Source: Deltaproteobacteria bacterium (GTDB lineage: Bacteria; Desulfobacterota; GWC2-55-46; DRQE01). From it: DNA of 64,000 bases. Made by a program: the position numbers and the translations under genes. The stretch spans positions 52,584 through 116,583 of the forward strand of contig WGFM01000021.1 in the NCBI GenBank assembly GCA_015492245.1, in the 5' to 3' direction. The notes below the pieces were generated by a model. The model had not been told where the DNA came from, ran no database searches, and was given only the letters and a program-made list of their open reading frames with translations. Shown in pieces: positions 17,364-27,716 of the stretch; the first letter of the stretch is position 1; every line of letters starts with the position of its first letter.

Positions 17364-18178
17364 GAACCCTCAATGAGGCATTCGAGACCTTCAGGAAGGC
17401 ATCGAAGAGTCTCGAGCAGAGATACAGAGTGCTCGAGAAAAAGATAGAAAGGCTCAACCAGGAACTGTCTGAAAAGAACAGACTCATGGAGCGCACAAGA
17501 AGGCTGGCAGCCATGGGAGAGATGGCCGCCAAGATAGCGCATGAGATAAGAAACCCACTGGCATCAATAGAAATATTTGCATCTTTGCTGGCAAGAGAAC
17601 TCGAGGGAAGCGATAAGGGACAGCTTGCAATCTTCATATCAAAAGGGGTCAAAAGACTCGATAATCTCCTTACAAACATGCTTGTCTTCGCAAGGGCACC
17701 AAGACCTGTGGCTGCAACAGTAGACATAAGGGAAATAATAGTGGAGGTCCTGCAGACCACAACCCCATCAATGGCCGGGCAGGTCAGCATAAGATGCCAC
17801 TACAGTGGAGACACGGTGATAGTGGCCGATGGCTCACTCATAAGGCAGGCAGTCTACAACCTCTTGATAAACGCCCTGGACTCTGTAAGGGGAAAGAAGG
17901 GGCGTGTAGAGATAACCACAGAAAGGATTATGAACGGCAGGGACACACTCAAACTCATGGTAAGAGATAACGGAGAAGGCATACCAGAGGATGTTATGGA
18001 TAGAATATTCGACCCCTTCTTTACCACCAAACAGCATGGCACGGGGCTGGGGCTCTGTATAGTGGACTCCATAGTGAAGTCCCATGGTGGGAGGATATGG
18101 GTTGAATCTGATAGAGCCGGGGGTGCCACATTCTGGATGGAGATACCATCTTCCATAGATAAGGAGGTGAAAGGCTGA
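17342..18178 (+). CDS. Cytoplasmic histidine kinase, FlgS/FleS-like, lacking sensor domain
   Basis: AHEIRNPL H-box, NLLINA, DNGEGI, FDPFFTTK..GTGLGL; only a coiled coil N-terminal to HisKA. Confidence 0.9.
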   Translation: MEGDSTLRTLNEAFETFRKASKSLEQRYRVLEKKIERLNQELSEKNRLMERTRRLAAMGEMAAKIAHEIRNPLASIEIFASLLARELEGSDKGQLAIFISKGVKRLDNLLTNMLVFARAPRPVAATVDIREIIVEVLQTTTPSMAGQVSIRCHYSGDTVIVADGSLIRQAVYNLLINALDSVRGKKGRVEITTERIMNGRDTLKLMVRDNGEGIPEDVMDRIFDPFFTTKQHGTGLGLCIVDSIVKSHGGRIWVESDRAGGATFWMEIPSSIDKEVKG

Positions 18179-19533
18179 TGCACAACATACTCGTTGTGGA
18201 TGACGAGCCGGAGGTAAGGTGTGCAATGAAGGAGGCTCTGATAAGAAGGGGCTACGGGGTGGATGTGGTCTCCACAGGAGAAAGGGCCATAGAGCTGTTT
18301 ACGAAGAACAGCTACAACATGGTCATAAGTGATCTCAGGATGCCCGGAAAGGATGGGGTAGAGGTGCTCAAAGAGATAAAGAGGCTTTCTCCCCTTACTC
18401 CTGTGCTTCTCATAACCGCATTCGGCACCGTGGAAAAGGCGGTTGAGGCTGTAAAGGAAGGGGCCGTGGATTTTCTCATAAAGCCCTTCTCCCTCGATCT
18501 GCTCGAAGAGATAGTTGAAAGAGCAGTAAGCACAGAGTTCTCCCTGGGCAACGGTAAAAAGGTGCTCACCAACTCCCAGGCCATGAGGCAGATCCTCTCC
18601 ATGGCAAAGACAGTTGCCAGAAGTGATGCCACAGTGCTCGTAACAGGCGAGAGCGGCACAGGCAAAGAGCTCCTTGCACGGTTCATACACCAGCATAGTC
18701 CAAGAAAGGATAAGCCCTTCGTGGCTGTAAACTGTGCGGCCATACCAGAGAATCTGCTGGAAAGTGAACTGTTCGGGCACGAAAAGGGGGCATTCACAGG
18801 GGCACTGACCCAGAGGCACGGAAAGTTCGAGCAGGCAAACTATGGCACCATACTGCTCGATGAGATAAGCGAGATGGACATAAAACTACAGGCAAAACTC
18901 CTGCGGGTGTTGCAGGAAAAAGAGGTGGAAAGGGTTGGGGGGGCAAGGCCCATCCCACTTGACATAAGGATTATCGCAACAACCAACAGAGAGCTCAAAG
19001 AAGAGGTCAGGGCGGGCAGGTTCCGCGAGGACCTCTACTACAGGCTCAACATATTCCCCATACACATACCACCACTTAGAGACAGAAGAGAGGACATAGC
19101 CTATCTCTCAGAGTATTTCGTGAGGCGTTTCTCAAAGAAGTATTCAAAACACATAGAACACATATCCGGTGATGCCATGGCACTCCTGAAAGGCCTTCGG
19201 TGGAAGGGCAATGTGCGGGAACTCGAGAACACCATGGAGAGGGCTGTGCTCATAGCAGGGGGGACAACCATAGAGGCAGAGCACATAATAATAGAAGAAG
19301 GTGGTGGCCTGCCACAGCCTGTAGAAGATGAGGATGCCATCGAGCCCATGAGCCTCTCAGAGATGGAGAAAAGACTCATATACAGAACCCTTGAGGAGGT
19401 GGGCTGGAACAGAACACAGGCAGCAAAGATACTGGGTATATCTGTAAGAACACTGAGGAACAAGCTCAAGGAATATGGGCAAATTTTTCCCACAGGCCAG
19501 GCACAATCTTCCGGTATTTGTGGGGAGGAATAA
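18178..19533 (+). CDS. Sigma54-dependent response regulator, FlgR/FleR-like
   Basis: REC, GESGTGKE, GAFTGA, HTH LGISVRTLRNKLKEY; coupled to the kinase and upstream of flgB. Confidence 0.9.
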   Translation: MHNILVVDDEPEVRCAMKEALIRRGYGVDVVSTGERAIELFTKNSYNMVISDLRMPGKDGVEVLKEIKRLSPLTPVLLITAFGTVEKAVEAVKEGAVDFLIKPFSLDLLEEIVERAVSTEFSLGNGKKVLTNSQAMRQILSMAKTVARSDATVLVTGESGTGKELLARFIHQHSPRKDKPFVAVNCAAIPENLLESELFGHEKGAFTGALTQRHGKFEQANYGTILLDEISEMDIKLQAKLLRVLQEKEVERVGGARPIPLDIRIIATTNRELKEEVRAGRFREDLYYRLNIFPIHIPPLRDRREDIAYLSEYFVRRFSKKYSKHIEHISGDAMALLKGLRWKGNVRELENTMERAVLIAGGTTIEAEHIIIEEGGGLPQPVEDEDAIEPMSLSEMEKRLIYRTLEEVGWNRTQAAKILGISVRTLRNKLKEYGQIFPTGQAQSSGICGEE

Positions 19534-19564
19534 GAAAAGACGAGTAGAAACACACCCTTACAAG

Positions 19565-19580
19565 TGGTATGGGTATTGCT
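19565..19580 (+). promoter_or_regulatory. Sigma54 promoter of flgB operon
   Basis: TGGTAT-GGGTA-TTGCT. Confidence 0.8.
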
Positions 19581-19609
19581 TTGAAGACACTATCAGGAGG
19601 TGCATTACC

Positions 19610-20014
19610 ATGAGTGATCTGTTCGGCAAAACATTTGTTACACTCAAGACAGCCATGGACCTGCGTCACACCAGGCACAGACTCATAGCATCCAATATTG
19701 CCAATGCAGAGACCCCGGGCTACAGGGCAAAGGACATACGGTTCGAGGTGGAATTGAAAAGGGAGGTAGAGGGAAGAAGAGGCACTGTTGTACCTGTCAG
19801 GACTCATCCACTGCACATGGGCGGAAGTGGTGGTGTTACTGTAAGTATAATTGAGCGTAGTTCTGCAACAGGGGGGCTTGATGGCAACACTGTAAGCCTC
19901 GACGAGGAGATGGTCAGACTTACAGAGAATGCCACCATGTACAGTGTGCTGGCAAAGTTTATAAAGCACAAGTTCTCACACCTTATGACAGCAATAAAGG
20001 AAGGAGGTAAGTAA
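19610..20014 (+). CDS. flgB: Flagellar basal-body rod protein FlgB
   Basis: ASNIANAETPGYRAKD, DGNTVSLDEEM; AGGAGG before ATG 19610. Confidence 0.95.
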   Translation: MSDLFGKTFVTLKTAMDLRHTRHRLIASNIANAETPGYRAKDIRFEVELKREVEGRRGTVVPVRTHPLHMGGSGGVTVSIIERSSATGGLDGNTVSLDEEMVRLTENATMYSVLAKFIKHKFSHLMTAIKEGGK

Positions 20015-20017
20015 GCC

Positions 20018-20437
20018 ATGTTCGACAGTTTTGCCATAACAGCCCAGGCACTTACATCGCAGAGAATAAGACTCAATGTAATTGCCAGTAACCTTGCAAA
20101 CATGAACACCACCCACACCCCCGAAGGCACACCATACAGACGAAGGGATGTGGTATTTTCCACCTATCCTTTTGAAGAGGCACTTGCTGTGGCTGGAAGA
20201 AGCACCCTTACGGGTGTGCGTGTGGTAGATGTGGTAGAGGATGCAGGACCCTTCAGGCTTGTCTACGAGCCGACACATCCTGATGCAGACGAGACCGGCT
20301 ATGTGATGTATCCAAATGTGGACCCCCTCGAAGAGATGGTTAACATGATGACAGCCGTAAGGAGCTACGAGGCGAATATATCGGCACTCAAGGCCACAAA
20401 GACCATGATTTCAAAGGCACTTGAAATCATAACATAA
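20018..20437 (+). CDS. flgC: Flagellar basal-body rod protein FlgC
   Basis: SNLAN...PYRRR, P.HPDAD..GYV.YPNV, RSYEAN. Confidence 0.96.
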   Translation: MFDSFAITAQALTSQRIRLNVIASNLANMNTTHTPEGTPYRRRDVVFSTYPFEEALAVAGRSTLTGVRVVDVVEDAGPFRLVYEPTHPDADETGYVMYPNVDPLEEMVNMMTAVRSYEANISALKATKTMISKALEIIT

Positions 20438-20452
20438 AAGGGGGGGTGGAAG

Positions 20453-20746
20453 ATGACAGATTCCATAAAACCCATAGGCCAGCAGCATATAGAGATTCAG
20501 GCAGGCACAAAGGATGGAAGAGCTTCAGAGGACTTCGGCCAGATGCTGAAAGAGTCCATCGACAGGGTGAACAGTCTGCAGAAGGAGGCAGAGAGCGCAA
20601 TAAAGGGCCTTGCAAAAGGGGAACTTAAGAATGTGCACGATGCGATGATAGCAATAGAGAAGGCCAATGTATCTTTCAACCTTATGCTGCAGGTGAGAAA
20701 CAAGCTTGTGCAGGCATACGAAGAAATAATGAGGATGCAGATATAA
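20453..20746 (+). CDS. fliE: Flagellar hook-basal body protein FliE
   Basis: QVRNKLVQAYEEIMRMQI. Confidence 0.95.
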   Translation: MTDSIKPIGQQHIEIQAGTKDGRASEDFGQMLKESIDRVNSLQKEAESAIKGLAKGELKNVHDAMIAIEKANVSFNLMLQVRNKLVQAYEEIMRMQI

Positions 20747-20749
20747 GCC

Positions 20750-22303
20750 ATGGCAGACACTCAGGAAAAGACAAGAAATACAAGGTCTCTCCTGGTCTAT
20801 GGCTCCATAGTGGCACTCGCTGTGGCAGGGCTCGTTGCGATCTTTCTGTGGGCAGGCAGCACCGATTACAGGGTGCTTTACAGCGGCCTCTCTGATGACG
20901 ATATGAGTGCAATTATGACAAAGCTCAGAGAAAAGAGGATTCCCTACAGGGTAGAGGCAGGTCTCGTAAAGGTACCAGAGGACAGGCTCTACGAGATAAG
21001 GATAGAACTTGCCGGCGAGGGGCTGCCACGGGGCGGTGGTGTGGGTTTCGAAATATTCGACAAAACAGGCTTCGGCATTACAGAGTTTGCCCAGAAGGTC
21101 AACTATGTGAGGGCACTCCAGGGCGAGCTTGCAAGAACCATAACTCAGATGCGAAAGATAGAGGGCGCACGGGTGCACCTGGTGCTGCCAGCAGAGAGGG
21201 CATTCCTTGAAGAAGAGAAGAAGGCAAGGGCATCTGTTGTGGTGAAACTCAAGCCAGGTGCTGTGCTCACAGGCAGTGAGGTGCAGAGTATAGTGCACTT
21301 TGTGGCCTCAAGTCTGCCAGAGCTCGGCCCAGGGGATATAACACTTGTGGACACACAGGGTAGACTATGGACAAGACCAGAGGAGGGTGAGGAGTTCTCG
21401 CAGGCCTATGCTGCAAGAAAGAGAGAGCTCGAAAGAGAGATGGAACAGAAGGTACAGACCATGCTCGAGAGGGCCGTGGGCAAGGGCAAGGTGGTTGCAA
21501 GGGTGTCTGTAGAGCTTGAGGCAAAAAGGGTTGAGACCACAGAGGAAAGTTTTGATCCCGACAGCCAGGTGGTAAGAAGCGAGCAGAGAAGCCTTGAGAA
21601 ATCGAGCACCACGGCAACAGAGGGCGGTATACCGGGTGTGGTCTCCAACACACCTGAGGGTGCACAGGCAACAGGGCCTGCCACGGGCATGGGAGCATCA
21701 CAACGGCAGAATGAAATTGTAAACTACGAGATAAGCAGAAAGATAAGTAAAACCGTAGAGCCTGATGGCAGGATAAAGCGTATAGCAGTGGCAGTCCTTG
21801 TTGATGGCAGGTACGAGACCATAACGAAGGATGATGGTTCTGAAGAAAAAAACTACATGCCAAGAACAGAAGAAGAGATAAACAAGTTCACCGGTATCGT
21901 CAAGAATGCGGTTGGCTTCTCAGAGGAGAGGGGAGATACCGTTACAGTAGAGAACATCCCCTTTGAGCCAGAGACAGTTGTTACCCCTCAGGATGTGGTG
22001 GCAGAAGCAACGATGATACCACCATATCTTATAAAAGACATCGTAAGGATAGCCATGGCCGGAATACTCATGGTGGTTGTATTCCTGTTCGTCATACGCC
22101 CCATAATAAGAAGGGTGGTTGATGAGAACAGGGCACTCGATTCGATACAGAAGAGCCTTTCAGATGGCCGTCTTGCCCTGGAAAGGGGGGAGGAACACAG
22201 GATGCTGGGAAGTGGCTCTACAGAGGCGGAAAGACTCAAAGAGCTTGTAAGACAGAACCCGCAGCAGGCGGCTATTGTAATAAAGAACTGGCTCAAGGAG
22301 TAG
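20750..22303 (+). CDS. fliF: Flagellar MS-ring protein FliF
   Basis: GVGFEIFDK..FG.TEF, RALQGELARTI, ARVHL, GFSEERGD. Confidence 0.96.
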   Translation: MADTQEKTRNTRSLLVYGSIVALAVAGLVAIFLWAGSTDYRVLYSGLSDDDMSAIMTKLREKRIPYRVEAGLVKVPEDRLYEIRIELAGEGLPRGGGVGFEIFDKTGFGITEFAQKVNYVRALQGELARTITQMRKIEGARVHLVLPAERAFLEEEKKARASVVVKLKPGAVLTGSEVQSIVHFVASSLPELGPGDITLVDTQGRLWTRPEEGEEFSQAYAARKRELEREMEQKVQTMLERAVGKGKVVARVSVELEAKRVETTEESFDPDSQVVRSEQRSLEKSSTTATEGGIPGVVSNTPEGAQATGPATGMGASQRQNEIVNYEISRKISKTVEPDGRIKRIAVAVLVDGRYETITKDDGSEEKNYMPRTEEEINKFTGIVKNAVGFSEERGDTVTVENIPFEPETVVTPQDVVAEATMIPPYLIKDIVRIAMAGILMVVVFLFVIRPIIRRVVDENRALDSIQKSLSDGRLALERGEEHRMLGSGSTEAERLKELVRQNPQQAAIVIKNWLKE

Positions 22304-22306
22304 GTC

Positions 22307-23314
22307 ATGCCTGGAAGAGATGGCGTAAGAGGGATTGATAAGGCAGCCATAGTGCTGCTTCTTCTGGGAGAAGAGCTTGCAGCCGATGTACTGAAACACT
22401 TGAGTCCTCAGGAACTGCAGCTTATAGCAAGAAAGATGGCAGGTATAGAAGGGGTGGAGGGAACTGTTGCGGACAGGGTCAAGGGAGAGTTTCTCAAGGC
22501 CATGCACAGTGTGGGGCTTCTTGTAAAGGGAGATGAGTTCCTCAAAAAGACCATAACAAGGGCACTTGGCAACGAGAAGGCAAAGGACATAATAGAGCTT
22601 CTGAGTCAGGATGAGCCGGGCGAGAGCCTTACGGTCTTCAAACTGCTGGACCCACAGATGACGGCCTCGCTCCTCAAAGAGGAACACCCACAGATCATAG
22701 CACTTGTGCTCACCCATATGGACCCAGAGAGGGCCGCAAAGGTTATGGAGTTCTTTCCCGAAAGATTGAGGGCTGATGTAATAATGAGGGTGGCAACCAT
22801 AGAGAGTGTGCCACCAGGGGTGCTGCAGGAACTTGAGGAGGTTATAAAACAACAGATAAAGGACTCCGGCATGGCAAAGGGCAGGATGGTAGAGGGTGTC
22901 AAGATAGCAGCAGATATACTGAATCAGCTCGAATCATCTGTGGAGAAGGCTGTGCTCGAGAGCATAGAGAAGACAAGCTCTGACATAGCAGAGAAGATAC
23001 AGGACAAGATGTTTGTCTTCACGGATCTTCTGAGTGTGGACAACAGGGGCATGCAGATGCTCATAAAAGAGTGCGATACCGAAACCCTTGCAATTGCCCT
23101 CAAGGGTGCTGACCAGGAACTCAGAGACAGGTTCTTCAGCAACATGTCCCAGAGGGCTGCAGAGATGCTCAAGGAGGATATAGAGTCAAGGGGACCTGTA
23201 AAGCTCAGTGATGTGGAGAAGGCACAGCTCAAGATTATAAACATAGCAAAAAAGCTTGAACAGGAAGGAAAACTCATAAGAGAAGGAAAGGGCAGTGGGG
23301 ATGTCCTCGTCTAA
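22307..23314 (+). CDS. fliG: Flagellar motor switch protein FliG
   Basis: EHPQIIAL, MFVFTDL, NMSQRAA, VEKAQ. Confidence 0.96.
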   Translation: MPGRDGVRGIDKAAIVLLLLGEELAADVLKHLSPQELQLIARKMAGIEGVEGTVADRVKGEFLKAMHSVGLLVKGDEFLKKTITRALGNEKAKDIIELLSQDEPGESLTVFKLLDPQMTASLLKEEHPQIIALVLTHMDPERAAKVMEFFPERLRADVIMRVATIESVPPGVLQELEEVIKQQIKDSGMAKGRMVEGVKIAADILNQLESSVEKAVLESIEKTSSDIAEKIQDKMFVFTDLLSVDNRGMQMLIKECDTETLAIALKGADQELRDRFFSNMSQRAAEMLKEDIESRGPVKLSDVEKAQLKIINIAKKLEQEGKLIREGKGSGDVLV

Positions 23315-23918
23315 GGTCTATGAAAGCAATGAGAATGTGAAGCCCTTCGTGCCAAGGAATATCAGAAGAGAAGACCAGCCTGCAGACAGGCTGGCAGCCA
23401 TGGAGAGGGATGCCTATGAAAAGGGGTTTGCAGCAGGAGAGAAGGCAGGTTTTGAGTTCGGCAGACAGAAGGCAGAGGCCCTCTTCAGTGCATTATCACA
23501 GATAGTGGGAGAGCTCGAAGGCTTCAGAGAGAGACTCCTGAGTGAGACGGAAAAGGATGTCTGCAGGCTGGCCGTTGCAATAGCAAGAAAGATAATAGAG
23601 GTTGAACTCTCAACAGGAGAAGATATAGTGCTCGATGCCGTAAAGAGTGCCATAGAGCATACAGGAAAGGCATCAACTGTTGTGGTAAGGCTCAACAGCA
23701 CCGATATGGAGGTTATAAAGAAATATGTGCCAGAGATTGAACAGTACAGTGTCGAGGCCAAGAGAATAGTGCTGAGGGAAGACCCCTCGGTGGGCAGGGG
23801 GGGCTGCATAGTGGAAACAGAAAATACAACCATAGAGCACACCGTAGATACAGCACTCAGGGAAATAGAGGAGCGACTCAAAGATGTTTGTGGCGAGAAT
23901 GAAGAAAAACCTGAATAG
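23301..23918 (+). CDS. fliH: Flagellar assembly protein FliH
   Basis: AxxxGxxxGxxxG repeats (AYEKGFAAGEKAG), GGCIVET. Confidence 0.9.
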   Translation: MSSSKVYESNENVKPFVPRNIRREDQPADRLAAMERDAYEKGFAAGEKAGFEFGRQKAEALFSALSQIVGELEGFRERLLSETEKDVCRLAVAIARKIIEVELSTGEDIVLDAVKSAIEHTGKASTVVVRLNSTDMEVIKKYVPEIEQYSVEAKRIVLREDPSVGRGGCIVETENTTIEHTVDTALREIEERLKDVCGENEEKPE

Positions 23919-25209
23919 AGCCATAGAAGTGGTGGAGAAGGCCCAGACCACCATGGTTACAGGAAGGATTACAAGGGTTGTGGGTATCGTCATGGAAGGT
24001 GTGGGGGTTAGTGCAAGAGTTGGTGATACATGCCTCATATACCCAGATGGCGAAGAGCCACTCGAGGCAGAGGTGGTGGGTTTCTCTGGCGATAAGATAC
24101 TCATAATGCCCTTTGGAGATGTAAGGGGTATAGGGGCGGGCAGCAGAATATCCATTGTAAGAAAAGGTGCAGCCACAGGGGTGGGAATGGGGCTTCTTGG
24201 GAGAATCATCGATGGATGCGGAAGGGCTATCGATGGAAGGGGTAACATCGAATATGAGGCAGAACATCATCTCTATAGAAACCCACCACCACCCCTTGAT
24301 AGAAGAGTAATCGAGACTCCACTCGATGTGGGTATAAGGGCCATAAATGGGCTTGTAACGATAGGTAAGGGACAGAGGATGGGAATATTTGCAGGAAGCG
24401 GGGTGGGCAAAAGTGTGCTCATAGGGATGATGGCAAAGGGCACATCTGCAGATGTCAATGTCATAGCACTCATAGGGGAGAGGGGTAGAGAGGTCAAAGA
24501 ATTCATAGAAAGGGAACTCGGCCAGGAAGGACTCAGAAACTCGGTTGTGGTGGTTGCCACATCTGATGAACCCCCGCTTATAAGGATAAGGGCAGCATTT
24601 GTGGCACAGACCATCGCAGAACACTTCAGAGACAGGGGTAAGGATGTGCTGCTGGTCATGGACTCTCTTACAAGGTTTGCAATGGCCCAGAGGGAGATCG
24701 GCCTTGCCTCTGGTGAGCCACCAGCAACCAAGGGGTATCCACCATCTGTATTCACACTGCTGCCCAAGCTTCTGGAAAGGCCAGGGGCAGTCCAGAAAGG
24801 AGGCACCATAACCGCACTGTATACCATACTTACAGAGGGTGATGATGTGAATGATCCGGTGGCAGACTCTGTAAGGGCCATACTGGATGGACATATTGTG
24901 CTCTCAAGAGAGCTTGCAACGATGGGGCACTTTCCTGCAATAGATGTGCTCCACAGCATAAGCAGGGTTATGAATAATGTGGTGTCAGCCCAGCATATGC
25001 AATTTGCAACAGAACTGAAGAGCATACTGGCAGACTATACGAAGGCAAAAGACCTTATCAACATAGGGGCATACAAAAGAGGTAACGACAAACGCATAGA
25101 TAGAGCCATAGATATGATAGAGTCCATAAATGGCTTTCTTAAACAGGACATGACAGAGAGGGTGGACTTCGAGGATAGCCTGCAGCTTCTGTATGCGCTA
25201 TTCTCATAA
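23899..25209 (+). CDS. fliI: Flagellum-specific ATPase FliI
   Basis: GIFAGSGVGKS, GERGREV, DSLTRFAMAQREIG, ILDGHIVLSR; alternative start 23884. Confidence 0.96.
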   Translation: MKKNLNRAIEVVEKAQTTMVTGRITRVVGIVMEGVGVSARVGDTCLIYPDGEEPLEAEVVGFSGDKILIMPFGDVRGIGAGSRISIVRKGAATGVGMGLLGRIIDGCGRAIDGRGNIEYEAEHHLYRNPPPPLDRRVIETPLDVGIRAINGLVTIGKGQRMGIFAGSGVGKSVLIGMMAKGTSADVNVIALIGERGREVKEFIERELGQEGLRNSVVVVATSDEPPLIRIRAAFVAQTIAEHFRDRGKDVLLVMDSLTRFAMAQREIGLASGEPPATKGYPPSVFTLLPKLLERPGAVQKGGTITALYTILTEGDDVNDPVADSVRAILDGHIVLSRELATMGHFPAIDVLHSISRVMNNVVSAQHMQFATELKSILADYTKAKDLINIGAYKRGNDKRIDRAIDMIESINGFLKQDMTERVDFEDSLQLLYALFS

Positions 25210-25224
25210 AAAGGAGAAACGGCC

Positions 25225-25674
25225 ATGAAGAAGTTCAGGTTCAGCCTGCAGCCCTTGCTCGAGCACAAAGAAAGACTCGAAGAACTCGCAAGAAAGGATT
25301 ACCTGGAGATAACAGACAGGCTCAGAAAGGAAGAAGAAAGGTTGAGGGTGTATGTGGATATATACAAGAGATTATCCGAAAATCTCGACACCATGAAGAA
25401 GGAAGGCAGGGAAGTTAGCGAGTTGAGGTTCCAGTACCGTTACCTCAACAATATAAAAGAGTTCATAGAGACTCAACGGAAGACAATAGTAGAGCTCAAA
25501 AGAGCTGTTGAAGAGAGAAAGACAGAACTCACAAATGCAGCGATAGATAGAAAGGTTGTGGAAAAGACAAAGGAGAAAAAAAGAGAAGAATACGAGAGCG
25601 AGCTCAAAAGGGAGGAACAGAAACTCATAGACGAGGTTGCTGCAAACGGTTTTGTAAGGAGAAAGAGAGGATGA
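25225..25674 (+). CDS. fliJ: Flagellar export protein FliJ
   Basis: MKKFRFSLQPLL...EQKLIDE; follows fliI. Confidence 0.92.
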   Translation: MKKFRFSLQPLLEHKERLEELARKDYLEITDRLRKEEERLRVYVDIYKRLSENLDTMKKEGREVSELRFQYRYLNNIKEFIETQRKTIVELKRAVEERKTELTNAAIDRKVVEKTKEKKREEYESELKREEQKLIDEVAANGFVRRKRG

Positions 25675-26222
25675 GGACCAAACTACTTATAGCCGCACTG
25701 ATAATGAAAGGGATTGTGCTTTTTGTGTACCTTGTGGTCTCATTCAACATGCATGAGCCAGAGGCAAAGGGTGTTTCCAGGGTCAATGTGGATATACTCT
25801 CCACACCATGTCTTGACAAGATCATCGAAAAGGAGAGAACCCTCATAGGGACCATAAAAGAGCGCGAAAGAGAGCTCGACAGAAAGACAGAAAGACTTGC
25901 AGAAAAGGAAAGGCGCCTTCTTATCCTGAAAGAAGAGATCAAGACGGAACTCGCAAGGTTCAGGGACACAAAGAAAGAGGTGGCACTGATGCTCAAAAAG
26001 ATACAGCTCGAGAGAGACAGAAACTTTATGAGGATAGTCAAGATATATGAGTCCATGCCGGCAGAGAAGGCATCACAAAGGCTCGAAAAACTCGATGAAG
26101 AAATGGCCGTAAAGATACTCTCGGCCATGAAGGAGAAAAAGGCAGGAAAGATACTTGCCTCTCTTTCGGTGGACAAATCTGTCCGCATAAGTCTGCTTAT
26201 GAACAGGCGCATGAAAAAATAA
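25671..26222 (+). CDS. MotE/YlxF-like flagellar protein (MgtE N-terminal-like domain)
   Basis: TM + coiled coil + IYESMPAEKA...ILSAMKEKKAGKILA. Confidence 0.85.
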   Translation: MRTKLLIAALIMKGIVLFVYLVVSFNMHEPEAKGVSRVNVDILSTPCLDKIIEKERTLIGTIKERERELDRKTERLAEKERRLLILKEEIKTELARFRDTKKEVALMLKKIQLERDRNFMRIVKIYESMPAEKASQRLEKLDEEMAVKILSAMKEKKAGKILASLSVDKSVRISLLMNRRMKK

Positions 26223-26293
26223 CCCACCCCTCCATTCCGCGTAAGGAAAATATTTCCTTGCCAACCAGAGAAGACAATCTCCTCCAAAAGTGT

Positions 26294-26306
26294 TAACCCC
26301 TTGATT
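26294..26306 (-). promoter_or_regulatory. IHF site between enhancer and sigma54 promoter
   Basis: Reverse complement AATCAAGGGGTTA matches WATCAA-N4-TTR. Confidence 0.6.
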
Positions 26307-26335
26307 GCAAAAGGAAAAAACGATACATCCCCTTG

Positions 26336-26351
26336 TGGCACAGGCTTTGCA
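26336..26351 (+). promoter_or_regulatory. Sigma54 promoter of fliK-flgD-flgE
   Basis: TGGCAC-AGGCT-TTGCA. Confidence 0.85.
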
Positions 26352-26385
26352 ATCTTCATGGCGGCAGAGGAGGATTCAAAGGTAT

Positions 26386-27699
26386 ATGCAGATAGAGGCA
26401 GGCATTTTCGCACTATTTGTGGACAACAAGACAATCTCTCTTTCGGTTGAAAGGGAAAAGACCATGGAGGATGAAGCCTCATTCAACAGTATTGTGAGGC
26501 TTATACACATGCTGGACGAAAGAAGCACCGAAGAGGATGAGAACAAAAACACCAATGTGGAAGCATCAGCCCCTGGTGTAAGAATGCACATGGAGGAGGT
26601 GAACCAGGCCGACATCGAAGAAGCGCTTACCACAGAAGAAAAGGAAGTAGACATGGTGCCTGTCAGGAAGGTTAAGGCACGTTCCATGGAGGCTCGTGGT
26701 GAGACCTCTAAGGATGCAAAGATAGAGAAGGATTATGAACTCCATACAGAAAAAATGTATATATCCAGGAAGGGAGACGACAGGCCTCAAGAGGAACCTG
26801 TCCCTTCTCTACACAGCCTGAAGACAGACAGCCCTGCAGAAGAGAACAGGGATGTGATACACCCCTCCGTAAGGCATACAAAGGAAGATGCCATCAGCCC
26901 ACATTCAGATGGGCTGGCAGATAATAAGATTGAGCCGACTGTGGAGATGGCAGAAGAGAAGGGTTCACCAGAAAGTGGACACAGGTTCAGGCAAGACAGA
27001 GAAGCGCGCCAGGAAGCCGTCAGCAGAACAGACAAGAGGGTTGAAAGAGATGGCGTGGAACCCTGGCTCAGACACCCTGTTGAGAACACCAGGTTAGAGA
27101 AAGGGACACCAGACCATACAGCCAGAAATGACAGAGACGGTGAGCCCGTAAGACACCATGGCACAACACATATGGCCGGAAGGATGGAACATGCTGGTGT
27201 TGTGGAGTTTTCTGTGGAAGCCAGTGGTATCGAGGATACCCTTCTTCTGCCAAGGGATTATGTGAGGAGCGAGGTGCTTGACAAGTTGTCAGGCTATATC
27301 ACAAAAGTCTATATGAAAGGCGGCAGGACAGAGGCAAGGCTTGTATTGAACCCGCCAGAGCTTGGGAGACTGCGTATAGAGATAGAGGTTAAGGACTCGA
27401 AGGTGGAGACAAGGATACTCGTTGAACATCAGCTTGTAAAGGATGTGCTCGACCAGGAGGTGGCAAGGCTCAGAGAGTTGTTCCTCCAGCAGGGTCTGAC
27501 CCTTGAGAGGTACACCGTAGAGACCACAACAGGATGGTCTGCCCATAGAGAGGCAGGAAGAAACAACCCATGGCCCCTCAGAAGGCCAGTGGTAAAAGAG
27601 GATAGTGTTGAAGAATCAGGCACAAACACCGATAAGCCCATACACAGTATCCATCGTCATGGCTTCAGTGAAGAGGGTAAGATAAGTGTATTCGCATAA
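26386..27699 (+). CDS. fliK: Flagellar hook-length control protein FliK
   Basis: Low-complexity N-terminus, LNPPELGRL C-domain; start placed downstream of the sigma54 promoter. Confidence 0.9.
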   Translation: MQIEAGIFALFVDNKTISLSVEREKTMEDEASFNSIVRLIHMLDERSTEEDENKNTNVEASAPGVRMHMEEVNQADIEEALTTEEKEVDMVPVRKVKARSMEARGETSKDAKIEKDYELHTEKMYISRKGDDRPQEEPVPSLHSLKTDSPAEENRDVIHPSVRHTKEDAISPHSDGLADNKIEPTVEMAEEKGSPESGHRFRQDREARQEAVSRTDKRVERDGVEPWLRHPVENTRLEKGTPDHTARNDRDGEPVRHHGTTHMAGRMEHAGVVEFSVEASGIEDTLLLPRDYVRSEVLDKLSGYITKVYMKGGRTEARLVLNPPELGRLRIEIEVKDSKVETRILVEHQLVKDVLDQEVARLRELFLQQGLTLERYTVETTTGWSAHREAGRNNPWPLRRPVVKEDSVEESGTNTDKPIHSIHRHGFSEEGKISVFA

Positions 27700-27716
27700 A
27701 TCAAGGAGGTGAACCG

